Below are positions 17,954-27,467 of a stretch of 64,000 nucleotides of DNA, piece after piece (the first letter of the stretch is position 1; the number at the start of each line of letters is the position of its first letter). The notes under the pieces are model-generated. The model did not search any database and was not told where the DNA came from. It saw only the letters and a program-made list of their open reading frames with translations. Both the position numbers and the translations under genes were made by a program. The stretch spans positions 20,625 to 84,624 of the forward strand of contig DASWNF010000009.1 in the NCBI GenBank assembly GCA_036399335.1, read 5' to 3'. The stretch is from Minisyncoccota bacterium. Lineage in GTDB: Bacteria > Patescibacteriota > Minisyncoccia > Phycocordibacterales > Phycocordibacteraceae.

Positions 17954-18187
17954 TTAGAACGTAAGGAAGTGCGCGACTGCGGTAACGACGAAGAGGACCG
18001 CAACGACTATCGTGGCGTTGAAAAGGAATTTCTCCGCGCCGCGGCGCTTGTAGAACGTCGATGCGAAATTATCGCCTCCAAAAGCCCCTCCGATACCGGC
18101 GCCGCGCTGCTGGAGCACGATGCCAGTGATAAGGAGAAGGGAGAGTATGATTTCAGCGTAAGGCAGGTATGCCATGAGTGACTCCAT
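17954..18187 (-). CDS. secG: Preprotein translocase subunit SecG
   Basis: IVLQQRGAGIGGAFGG...RRGAEKFL. Confidence 0.92.
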   Translation of the reverse strand: MESLMAYLPYAEIILSLLLITGIVLQQRGAGIGGAFGGDNFASTFYKRRGAEKFLFNATIVVAVLFVVTAVAHFLTF

Positions 18188-18278
18188 CTGTGCCAAAAAG
18201 GTACCACGGCGCGCGTTTGGGAGCAATAGTACGGGGTATATAGAGCTCCCCGGGCGTATCCCGGGGAGGTAAAAGGCG

Positions 18279-18590
18279 TTAGCCGAAGGTTTCGCGGTAT
18301 TTCTGTTGGACTGACGTAACCAGCCATGCGGACACGCCAGCCTGGAAGCAGCAGATGGTGAATTGCGGATATAGCCGCTCCTGTCCGTGGAAGCGCACGA
18401 AGAGCATGCAGAGGGTGAGCGTTACGAATGTCGCAATACCCAGGTGCGCGGTCAGGTAAAAGGTCCCGTCCACCCATTTGGCTTTCCAGGGCAGGTTCAG
18501 CCGCCGTACGAAGAAGAAGAGCATGCTGAAGTAGCTGAAAAGGATGTAGAGGCCGGTTGCGACGACTACCCCAAATTCGAAGATGAGCAT
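18279..18590 (-). CDS. Hypothetical membrane protein
   Basis: 103 aa, three hydrophobic segments, GGGGG RBS-like motif upstream. Confidence 0.55.
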   Translation of the reverse strand: MLIFEFGVVVATGLYILFSYFSMLFFFVRRLNLPWKAKWVDGTFYLTAHLGIATFVTLTLCMLFVRFHGQERLYPQFTICCFQAGVSAWLVTSVQQKYRETFG

Positions 18591-18653
18591 CGGTGCCCCC
18601 TTTGGTTAATCTGCCGGGATTAAACTATATCTCTCGCCTATAGGCAAATTGGA

Positions 18654-18682
18654 TTGACGCTGTATTTTCGCAGACCTATACT
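18654..18682 (+). promoter_or_regulatory. Sigma70-type promoter of groESL
   Basis: TTGACG-17 bp-TATACT. Confidence 0.7.
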
Positions 18683-18782
18683 ACGACCGACTCGGCAGGA
18701 AACTGCCGTGGGCATTTTTAAAAGCGAGCTGCTTGTCGTGGCCCTTATGCCCGACTCCAAAGCAGCGGTAACTCATGGCGCT

Positions 18783-19097
18783 ATGGCAAAAACAAATACG
18801 AAACTTTCTCTCTCGCCACTGGCTGACCGCGTCGTGGTGCAGCCCGTCACGCGTGAAGAGAAGACGCTGTCGGGCATCATCATTCCCGACACGGCAAAGC
18901 CGGAGAAGCCCGAACGCGGCACTGTCGTCGCTGTCGGCCCCGGCAAGGTTGGTGACGACAACGAACGCATCCCCATGTCCGTTTCGGTGGGGGATACGGT
19001 CATATTTTCAAAGTACGGCTATGACGAGGTAAAGATCGACGGCACAGAGTACTACATCCTGTCCGAGTCGAGCGTCCTCGCAATTATTAACGACTAA
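18783..19097 (+). CDS. groES: Co-chaperonin GroES
   Basis: PLADRVVV, SGIIIPDTA, GTVVAVGPG, FSKYG. Confidence 0.97.
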   Translation: MAKTNTKLSLSPLADRVVVQPVTREEKTLSGIIIPDTAKPEKPERGTVVAVGPGKVGDDNERIPMSVSVGDTVIFSKYGYDEVKIDGTEYYILSESSVLAIIND

Positions 19098-20762
<1,665 letters not shown>

Positions 20763-20794
20763 TAGAGACCCAATAAAAAAGTAAGAGGGGATAC

Positions 20795-20827
20795 AACACC
20801 CGCCGGCACGCGCTGCCGGCGGGTGTT
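20795..20827 (+). terminator. Terminator after groEL
   Basis: AACACCCGCCGGCA-CGCGC-TGCCGGCGGGTGTT. Confidence 0.7.
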
Positions 20828-20949
20828 CCCGTATAGGGCCTATGCCTGGGCCCTCCTGTCCACACGTTGCCCCCAGGTACCCAAAACAAGTGCTTTACTT
20901 AGGGCAGTAGCCTATTCCCTTTACAAGAATCTAAAAATGCTATATAATT

Positions 20950-21723
20950 ATGGGCATGGAAACACCAAAGCCAATAGCCATGCAAAGCCCGGAAGCCCAG
21001 GCCGCCCGCGAAAAGGTGGAGCACGCACGGACAGAAAAGGGACGCGTTGAAGCGCAGGCAATTTTTGAACGACAGATGCGCATCGACGCAAAAAACGAAG
21101 GCACCGAGTCCGCATTGTATTCGCACCATGCCGTCCAGGCACGAGAGGCATCTGACCGCGAGCTCGCCCATCGTGCCAAGCAGCGTAATGCGACGAGGAC
21201 ACTTTTTCAGAAACTCACCGGACGCGGCAAGGTATCCGGACTGGATCTATTGCATGAGGAGGCTGACCAGGTGAACGAACTCGTAGATGCTAAGGTGGCG
21301 CGCGAACGAACGGTGATCTCTGCCCAGGAAGCGGCGGACGAGATCATGGACAGCAAGGAATTCGAGGTCTTGGATTCGGCAGCCGGGCTCGACCGTAACG
21401 AATTCCGTGAATACTTGAGGGAACAGGACCCCCAGATAGAAAGGTCAATCGAGGCCGGGGACTTGAAGCCTATAAACGCACTGATAGGTGAGATGGCTGG
21501 TACTGAGGACGGGCGTATGAATAGCAGGTTTTTGGAGTCGGGCAGGAGGATGATTGCCGAGAAAGTGGACACGATGCTCAAGAGCGGGAATACGGAAACG
21601 CTTAAGCTCATGCTTATGCATAACGACCTAAGGTACGTAGACAGAAAGACGCTTGCATCCCTGCCCGAGGAAATACGCACTGCGCCCGGGATAGCGGGGA
21701 AGATTCAGGAGCGGCTCGGTTAG
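20950..21723 (+). CDS. Hypothetical helical protein
   Basis: 257-aa charged ORF with TGCTATATAAT just upstream; no family recognised. Confidence 0.7.
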   Translation: MGMETPKPIAMQSPEAQAAREKVEHARTEKGRVEAQAIFERQMRIDAKNEGTESALYSHHAVQAREASDRELAHRAKQRNATRTLFQKLTGRGKVSGLDLLHEEADQVNELVDAKVARERTVISAQEAADEIMDSKEFEVLDSAAGLDRNEFREYLREQDPQIERSIEAGDLKPINALIGEMAGTEDGRMNSRFLESGRRMIAEKVDTMLKSGNTETLKLMLMHNDLRYVDRKTLASLPEEIRTAPGIAGKIQERLG

Positions 21724-21735
21724 GGCCGTAACGGA

Positions 21736-21784
21736 CATGAACGCAAGAAGCCGCAGCCTATGGCTGCGGCTTCTTGCGTTCATG
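21736..21784. terminator. Perfect 23-bp inverted repeat / terminator
   Basis: CATGAACGCAAGAAGCCGCAGCC-TAT-GGCTGCGGCTTCTTGCGTTCATG. Confidence 0.7.
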
Positions 21785-21809
21785 GGGGAAAGTCCTACAA
21801 TTAAGGTAT

Positions 21810-22370
21810 ATGACTATCCTCTATATATTGATCGGCGTGCTCGTGCTCCTCGTGCTCTGGGTGATATTCGCGTATAACGGCTTCGTTGCGAAGGTAAACC
21901 GCGCGAAGGAAGCGTGGGCTGACATCGATGTGCAGCTGAAGCGCCGGTATGACCTCATCCCTAACCTTGTGGAGACGGTAAAGGGGTACGCGACGCACGA
22001 GCGTGCGACCCTCGACAGCGTCACCGCAGCCCGCGCAAACGCGATGAACGCAACGACCGTTGGCGAGCACGCGGCCGCTGAGAACATGCTCACGGGCGCC
22101 CTCAAGTCGCTCTTTGCGGTTTCCGAGGCCTACCCTGACCTTAAGGCGAATACGAACTTCCTCGAGCTCCAGCGCGAGCTTTCAGATACGGAAAACAAGA
22201 TCATGGCGTCGCGCCGCTTCTACAACAGCACGGTGCAGGAGCTCAACACCTCGGTTGAATCGTTCCCGGGCAACGTCATCGCCTCCTCCTTCAGCTTCGC
22301 GAAAATGGACCTCTTTGAACTGACCGATGCTGAGAGCGCCGCACGCGAACCCGTAAAGGTAGCCTTCTAG
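21810..22370 (+). CDS. lemA: LemA family protein
   Basis: AWADIDVQLKRRYDLIPNLVETVKGYA, EAYPDLKA. Confidence 0.95.
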   Translation: MTILYILIGVLVLLVLWVIFAYNGFVAKVNRAKEAWADIDVQLKRRYDLIPNLVETVKGYATHERATLDSVTAARANAMNATTVGEHAAAENMLTGALKSLFAVSEAYPDLKANTNFLELQRELSDTENKIMASRRFYNSTVQELNTSVESFPGNVIASSFSFAKMDLFELTDAESAAREPVKVAF

Positions 22371-22404
22371 TTGTTACTAAGACTGCGAGCGAAAAGAAGT
22401 CTGC

Positions 22405-22911
22405 ATGACCCCTCCCCAGCCTGCAAATAATGAGTTACATCGGGTCGTGCTGACCGGCACGATCTGGCGCCTCAATAGCTCGGGCAGGTACGAATATCTC
22501 ATCACGAAGCGATCAGATAAGAAAATCTTCCCAAATAAATGGCATTTGCCCGGTGGTGGCATGGAGGCTAGTGATTATGTGAATGAAGAACCTTCATATA
22601 AGAATGCTGAAAGCCCGCAATGGTACTACGCAGTTGAGCGAGCATTAAGGCGTGAGATTCGAGAAGAGGTTGGTCTAGAGATTGAGGATGCAAAGTACCT
22701 GCTTGATGTCGCCTTTATACGCCCAGACGGTATCCCCGTCGTTGTACTTAGCTACTATTGTAAGTATGGGAGTGGGGAAGTCACTCCCGACTACGAGGAT
22801 ACCGTAGACTTTAGGTGGATTACCGTGGACGAGGTAGATGATTTCGACTTTATTAAGGGCATCGAAGATGAAATACGCATGGTAGAAGAACGTCTTACTA
22901 AGCAAGCATAA
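22405..22911 (+). CDS. NUDIX hydrolase
   Basis: WHLPGG...ALRREIREEVGL NUDIX box. Confidence 0.9.
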   Translation: MTPPQPANNELHRVVLTGTIWRLNSSGRYEYLITKRSDKKIFPNKWHLPGGGMEASDYVNEEPSYKNAESPQWYYAVERALRREIREEVGLEIEDAKYLLDVAFIRPDGIPVVVLSYYCKYGSGEVTPDYEDTVDFRWITVDEVDDFDFIKGIEDEIRMVEERLTKQA

Positions 22912-22912
22912 T

Positions 22913-23794
22913 ATGGCAACCCTATACCAAGACCGCTCCCGCAACATGTTCAAGACCTGGGCCCTCATGGCCGGGTTCCTCGTCGGCGTCATCGCGCTCG
23001 GCTGGGCCGTGTCCGCATACTTCGGCAACCCGGTCATTTTGTATGTTGCTGTGGCCTTCTCGATCGTCATGAACATCGGGAGCTACTGGTTTTCGGACAA
23101 GATAGTCCTCAAGATGACGAATGCGAAGCCGGCAAGCCGCGAGGAATTCTTTGACCTCTATACGGTGACCGAAAACCTCGCCATCACCGCAGGCCTCCCG
23201 ATGCCCAAGCTCTACGTCATCGACGACCCGGCACCTAACGCCTTTGCTACGGGAAGAAACGAGAAGCACGCCGTCGTCGCGGCAACCACCGGACTCCTCG
23301 CGCGCCTCGACCGCACCGAGCTTGAGGGCGTCATCGCGCACGAGCTTTCGCATATCAAGAACAGGGACATGCTCGTCATGACCGTGGCCGTCGTGCTTGC
23401 CGGCTTCATTGCTATTGTCGCCGATATCTTCCTTCGCATGTCGATGTTCGGGGGCGACCGCGACTCGGGCCGCGCAGGCGTCATCTTCCTCGTGCTTGGC
23501 GTCGTGGCTGCCATCCTGCTTCCCATTGCCGCGCAGCTCATCCAGCTTGCAATCTCGCGCCGTCGCGAGTTTCTTGCCGACGCATCAGGGGCGCTTTTGA
23601 CCCGCTACCCGGAGGGTCTCGCCTCAGCGCTCCAGAAGATACACACCTATGCCGCACCGATGAAATCCGCCAACCATGCGACGGCGCACCTCTTTATCGG
23701 GAACCCCTTCGGCCCCCAGGCAGGGAAGCTCATGAACCGCATGTTTGCGACCCATCCGCCCGTCGAGGACCGGGTGGCCGCCCTCCTAACGTAG
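22913..23794 (+). CDS. htpX: Zinc metalloprotease HtpX (M48)
   Basis: PNAFATG, HELSH, SRRREFLAD, THPP. Confidence 0.95.
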   Translation: MATLYQDRSRNMFKTWALMAGFLVGVIALGWAVSAYFGNPVILYVAVAFSIVMNIGSYWFSDKIVLKMTNAKPASREEFFDLYTVTENLAITAGLPMPKLYVIDDPAPNAFATGRNEKHAVVAATTGLLARLDRTELEGVIAHELSHIKNRDMLVMTVAVVLAGFIAIVADIFLRMSMFGGDRDSGRAGVIFLVLGVVAAILLPIAAQLIQLAISRRREFLADASGALLTRYPEGLASALQKIHTYAAPMKSANHATAHLFIGNPFGPQAGKLMNRMFATHPPVEDRVAALLT

Positions 23795-23855
23795 CGCTTG
23801 ACAATATAGGGACAGCATGCCATGATAGTCCTGGCACATAACAGGAGGAAGCCAC

Positions 23856-24086
23856 ATGGACCAGGTTGCCGAACGCCCCCGGAAGATTCTGACCCTTGCG
23901 ACGCCGCGCCAGATCGCGCCCGTCACTCCCATGACCCTGACCCCGCGCATCGACGCGCCGACGCCCTGCCGCGCATCCTGCAGCAGGGAATCCGCACCGC
24001 CGCGCCCGGCCCGCCCGCCTGCAGGCTCTTTATCGCTCGACAACCGGCAGCTGATGCGGCTCAGGGTCCGTCCCCGTCGCCGCTGA
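23856..24086 (+). CDS. Small Pro/Arg-rich hypothetical protein
   Basis: TTGACA-17-CATGAT promoter, AGGAGG RBS and downstream hairpin support expression. Confidence 0.55.
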   Translation: MDQVAERPRKILTLATPRQIAPVTPMTLTPRIDAPTPCRASCSRESAPPRPARPPAGSLSLDNRQLMRLRVRPRRR

Positions 24087-24164
24087 TCTGAAACCATATT
24101 CATGGAAAGGGCGGCGCTAGAAATGGCGCCGCTTTTCATATCTTGTGCTATAACAATTCGGACA

Positions 24165-24251
24165 GGAGACGTCGCATAGTGGTCTAGTGCACCGCCTTGG
24201 AAAGGCGGCAGACTCGAAAGGGTCTCGAGAGTTCGAATCTCTCCGTCTCCG
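24165..24251 (+). tRNA. tRNA-Ser(GGA)
   Basis: GGAGACG/CGTCTCC acceptor, CCGCC-TTGGAAA-GGCGG anticodon arm, long variable arm, GTTCGAAT. Confidence 0.95.
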
Positions 24252-24267
24252 CCTGATTATTTTCTTA

Positions 24268-25311
24268 TCACCCTAGCCAGAACCAAAACTTGTTTTTGAG
24301 GTCTCGGCCAAGCTTGTACGCGTTTGCGTGAGACAACACGCCTAGATACGAGCGCAGCGATGCTTCAAGGCGATCTTTTCCCATCTGACCCTGCTTATGC
24401 TCCCTGACCCTGCTTTCCAGCTTCCTGAATATACGGCTCTTTGTCCTGGCCCTCGGGAGTATGCAGTGGGGAAGGACGACGTATCCAAGAAAGTCCACAC
24501 CCTGTCCGTATTTTCGTATGTCTATTTTGTTTGGGTGAAGAACAAGCTCCAAGCGCTCGCCCAGGAATTCCTCAATCTGTGGAATAAGCGCCTCCAAGTA
24601 GCCTTTGTCGCGCGACACGATAATAAAATCGTCTGTATATCTTGCGTAGTGCTTTACGCGCAACGCGTGTTTCATAAACTGATCAAACTCGTTCATATAA
24701 ATGTTTGCGAACAACTGCGACGTCAGGTTGCCGATAGGGATACCGGCATGCTTAAGGTGGCTCTGTCCCACAGCAAAGCTGCCTACAATCTCTCGCATGA
24801 GCCACATGACGTCACGATCTACAATTCGTCGCTCCAGTATTTCAAGCAGGACGCCGTGGTCGACAGAGTCGAAGAACTTCCGAACGTCGCACTTAAGCGC
24901 GTAACAGGTTCTTGTATTGTTCCGGCTTTCGGAACGGAGCATCTTGGCTATGGCTTCTACGCCTTTATGGGCACCTTTGCCAATGCGGCACGAGAAGGAG
25001 GTGGCTATAAAGCTCGGCTCGAATATGGGATTCAGGACGGCAAAAACGACGTGGTGAAGCACGCGATCTCTGACTGTCGCTTTACTAATCTCTCGGAGTT
25101 TCGGATCGGTGATGCGAAAGCCCGCGTACTCCTGATGCCGATACGTTTTGTCGCGCAAGTCGCGCTGGAGCTTGAAAATGTTCTTCTCAAGCTCCTTCTC
25201 GAAGCGAAGCACATCAAGTTTATTCCGTTTGCCTTTCTTAAAGCGGTCCCACGCCGAAAACAACGCCTCTGCCGAGACAATCTTTTCAAACAATCGCTCA
25301 TGCTGCTCCAT
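24268..25311 (-). CDS. DGR reverse transcriptase
   Basis: RDRVLHH, KCDVRKFFDSVDH, GIPIGNLTSQ (DGR-type SQ), RYTDD, GVDFLGY. Confidence 0.95.
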   Translation of the reverse strand: MEQHERLFEKIVSAEALFSAWDRFKKGKRNKLDVLRFEKELEKNIFKLQRDLRDKTYRHQEYAGFRITDPKLREISKATVRDRVLHHVVFAVLNPIFEPSFIATSFSCRIGKGAHKGVEAIAKMLRSESRNNTRTCYALKCDVRKFFDSVDHGVLLEILERRIVDRDVMWLMREIVGSFAVGQSHLKHAGIPIGNLTSQLFANIYMNEFDQFMKHALRVKHYARYTDDFIIVSRDKGYLEALIPQIEEFLGERLELVLHPNKIDIRKYGQGVDFLGYVVLPHCILPRARTKSRIFRKLESRVREHKQGQMGKDRLEASLRSYLGVLSHANAYKLGRDLKNKFWFWLG

Positions 25312-25313
25312 AT

Positions 25314-25664
25314 ATGAATGAGGTTGATATACCGATTCTAAAGAAGTCCTATGACTTGTACCGAACTTTTCATGAGTACCGGAAGGTTGTGCCGAAACAA
25401 GACCGTTTTACTATCTTCGAGCGCAGCGAGAACGTGATGCTTGATCTCATCGAGTGCCTCTTGTCGGCCGGGTACGGCGATAAACAAGGTAAGCGCCCGA
25501 TTCTTGAGCGCGCGAGCATAAAATTGAATGTGCTTCGCTTCTTTATCCGGCTCATGAAGGAAACAAAGTCTCTAGATAATAAGAAGTATGTGGTTCTTCA
25601 GGAGATGATCGACGAGATCGGCAGGATGCTAGGAGGGTGGACGCGCTCACTTGAGTCCCGATAA
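25314..25664 (+). CDS. avd: DGR accessory variability determinant (four-helix bundle)
   Basis: 116-aa basic helical protein with PKQDRFTI and EIGRMLGGW motifs, adjacent to RT. Confidence 0.9.
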   Translation: MNEVDIPILKKSYDLYRTFHEYRKVVPKQDRFTIFERSENVMLDLIECLLSAGYGDKQGKRPILERASIKLNVLRFFIRLMKETKSLDNKKYVVLQEMIDEIGRMLGGWTRSLESR

Positions 25665-25695
25665 GCAAAGAGGCGTCGTACGACGCCTCTTTGCT
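25664..25695. repeat. Perfect 32-bp palindrome between avd and TR
   Basis: AGCAAAGAGGCGTCGTACGACGCCTCTTTGCT. Confidence 0.9.
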
Positions 25696-25708
25696 CTAGC
25701 GAGGAGCG

Positions 25709-25838
25709 ACTTCGGGACGAACCCGGAGGCAGAACCGTAGTTCTCGTTGGCGTTGTCGATCCAGTTCGCGTTGAACTTAACCTTGTCGTCGTTGAAGTTG
25801 AAGATCGGGGCGTTCGAGAAGTCGCCATCGGCGTCCGG
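25709..25838 (-). repeat. DGR template repeat (TR)
   Basis: 130 nt on the minus strand, AAC-rich, aligns ungapped to 27069-27198 with 15 mismatches, all at TR A. Confidence 0.97.
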
Positions 25839-26075
25839 CTAATTGCCTTCACCCATCCATGTCACCGAAGCTCGAAGCCTTACGGCATCTGGCCCCTGAA
25901 TTTAATCCGACGACGCCCGCGCGGCTCGTCTTGGGTGGAGGCAAGCAGTATCTCCTCGCTACGACGCGCTCCCGGAAGCCGTGGCCTTCGGGACTCTGGC
26001 CGTCTTCTCGCAAAGAGAAAGAGTTCGGCGACGGCTTTCCTTGAAAGGCCGTACACGAGCCTAGACTCATGGGGA

Positions 26076-26084
26076 AGTATAGCA
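26076..26084 (-). promoter_or_regulatory. Extended -10 promoter for TR-containing RNA
   Basis: TGCTATACT on minus strand about 240 nt upstream of TR. Confidence 0.5.
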
Positions 26085-26187
26085 ATACAGCTGAGCTGCT
26101 TATGCTTAGAATCCACCACAGCGTTTCCTTGACGAGTTAGGCTATATATAGCATGATAGAGCAGGAACCTTGATAATCAGGATCACT

Positions 26188-26280
26188 CCATGAGGCGAGC
26201 TTTTTACGGCTTATTTCCAGCTTTACTGGACTCTTTTACAATGGTCTTTAGACCTAGGCCGTAAACAGCTCGCCTCATGG
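26188..26280. repeat. 26-bp inverted repeat upstream of DGR target gene
   Basis: CCATGAGGCGAGCTTTTTACGGCTTA / TAGGCCGTAAACAGCTCGCCTCATGG (24/26), enclosing two small hairpins. Confidence 0.8.
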
Positions 26281-26327
26281 GAGGTCAAGCCGCAAGTCCG
26301 ACGATTCGGGCGTAAGGAGCTAACGTC

Positions 26328-27200
26328 ATGGCGACGCTTACTCGTATCCCCTCGGCCTCTGATGGCCAGCTCAAGCAGATCAACCGTGTGGCCGCCGATG
26401 CGGCCGAAAAGGCGATCAATGAGTTCGGCCTCAACAAGGACCAGGCTCAGCGCGTTCACGGCAGCGCCGAGTTTGCCGCCCGCATCCGCGCGGCGGTGAC
26501 CACGGTCCTCACCGACGTAGCGATCACCGATCGCTACAAGGACGAGGAAGTCGAATCCACCTACGGCTATCTCTCGGGCTACAAGCCCAAGCCGTTCATG
26601 GAGCAGGTCGCGATTCTCCAGCAGCACTTCCCGAATCTCTCGCACACCGACCTGTCGGGGTTCGACATTCCGGACGGCGCGGAGGATACATTCGCAATTC
26701 CGCGCTTCGAGAAGATCGCGCCGACGTACGGCCAGGCGGTGGAAATCGTCCTCGGCCTGATCGGGCAGACCCGCGGGTTCTACAACTACCGGAAGGGCCA
26801 GACCGGTCCGACCTATCTGCGGCAGAGCGAGCGCAAGCTCGCCGCGCTCGAAGCCATCGGCGAGAAGCAGGAAGGCGACATCCTCGTCATCCCGGCGCAG
26901 TTCGGTATCCGCCATCGCGGCCGCTCGGTTCGCCGGGCGCGGGAGGTTTTTGATGGCGACGAGTTCGGCCTGGGTGCTTTCGAGGTCAGCATCATGCTCC
27001 TCACGCACCCGGAACGGCTCCAGCACTACGATGACCTCTGGATTGACTGCGCGGGCGACGAATTCGCCCCGGGCGCCGATGGCGGCTTCTCGGACGCCCC
27101 GTTCTTCTACTTCTACGGCGTCAAGGTTAAGTTCTTCGCGTACTGGATCGACTACGCCTACGAGTACTACGGTTCTGCCTCCGGGTTCGTCCCGCAGTAA
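26328..27200 (+). CDS. DGR target (variable) protein
   Basis: AAGGAG RBS; C-terminal 43 codons are the VR, ending GSASGFVPQ. Confidence 0.93.
   Translation: MATLTRIPSASDGQLKQINRVAADAAEKAINEFGLNKDQAQRVHGSAEFAARIRAAVTTVLTDVAITDRYKDEEVESTYGYLSGYKPKPFMEQVAILQQHFPNLSHTDLSGFDIPDGAEDTFAIPRFEKIAPTYGQAVEIVLGLIGQTRGFYNYRKGQTGPTYLRQSERKLAALEAIGEKQEGDILVIPAQFGIRHRGRSVRRAREVFDGDEFGLGAFEVSIMLLTHPERLQHYDDLWIDCAGDEFAPGADGGFSDAPFFYFYGVKVKFFAYWIDYAYEYYGSASGFVPQ
27069..27198 (+). repeat. DGR variable repeat (VR)
   Basis: Adenine-specific differences from TR: 10 A>T, 4 A>G, 1 A>C. Confidence 0.97.
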
Positions 27201-27257
27201 TCCTCGCGTCTTGAGTCCTTGAATCTTTTGTATCCTTGATCCTTGGGCTCGAAATTT

Positions 27258-27293
27258 TTGGGACCATCCGCGCATATCTGCGGATGGTCCCAA
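27258..27293. other. Hairpin downstream of VR (DGR cis element or terminator)
   Basis: TTGGGACCATCCGC-GCATATCT-GCGGATGGTCCCAA, 14-bp perfect stem. Confidence 0.7.
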
Positions 27294-27467
27294 CTCTTTA
27301 TATGTTGGATAGGACATCACGCGTAAGGGTGAGCTCATATGAGGCCACTTTCAACAGACTCAGATGTGGGATTAGGACCTTAATGGACGAGCTTACGTGC
27401 TAATCTGTTCTTATTGAATATGGCGGCCTAAGCCGCTCCTCAGGCATAACCCTAAATCGCCACGCAT

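Larger units (their letters stand above)
24268..27293. mobile_element. Diversity-generating retroelement (RT, Avd, TR, target gene with VR, hairpin)
   Basis: All components present; TR and VR differ only at TR adenines. Confidence 0.96.

Noticed and set aside
24268-25311. Group II intron or retron RT
   Set aside because: GNLTSQ motif, adjacent Avd and the TR/VR pair identify it as DGR; no intron domain V or msr-msd seen
25598-25852. 84-aa minus-strand ORF similar to 26950-27222
   Set aside because: Both are off-frame translations of TR and VR, not genes
27205-27250. Short imperfect TTGA(G/A)TCC tandem repeats after VR
   Set aside because: Too short and degenerate to assign a function by eye
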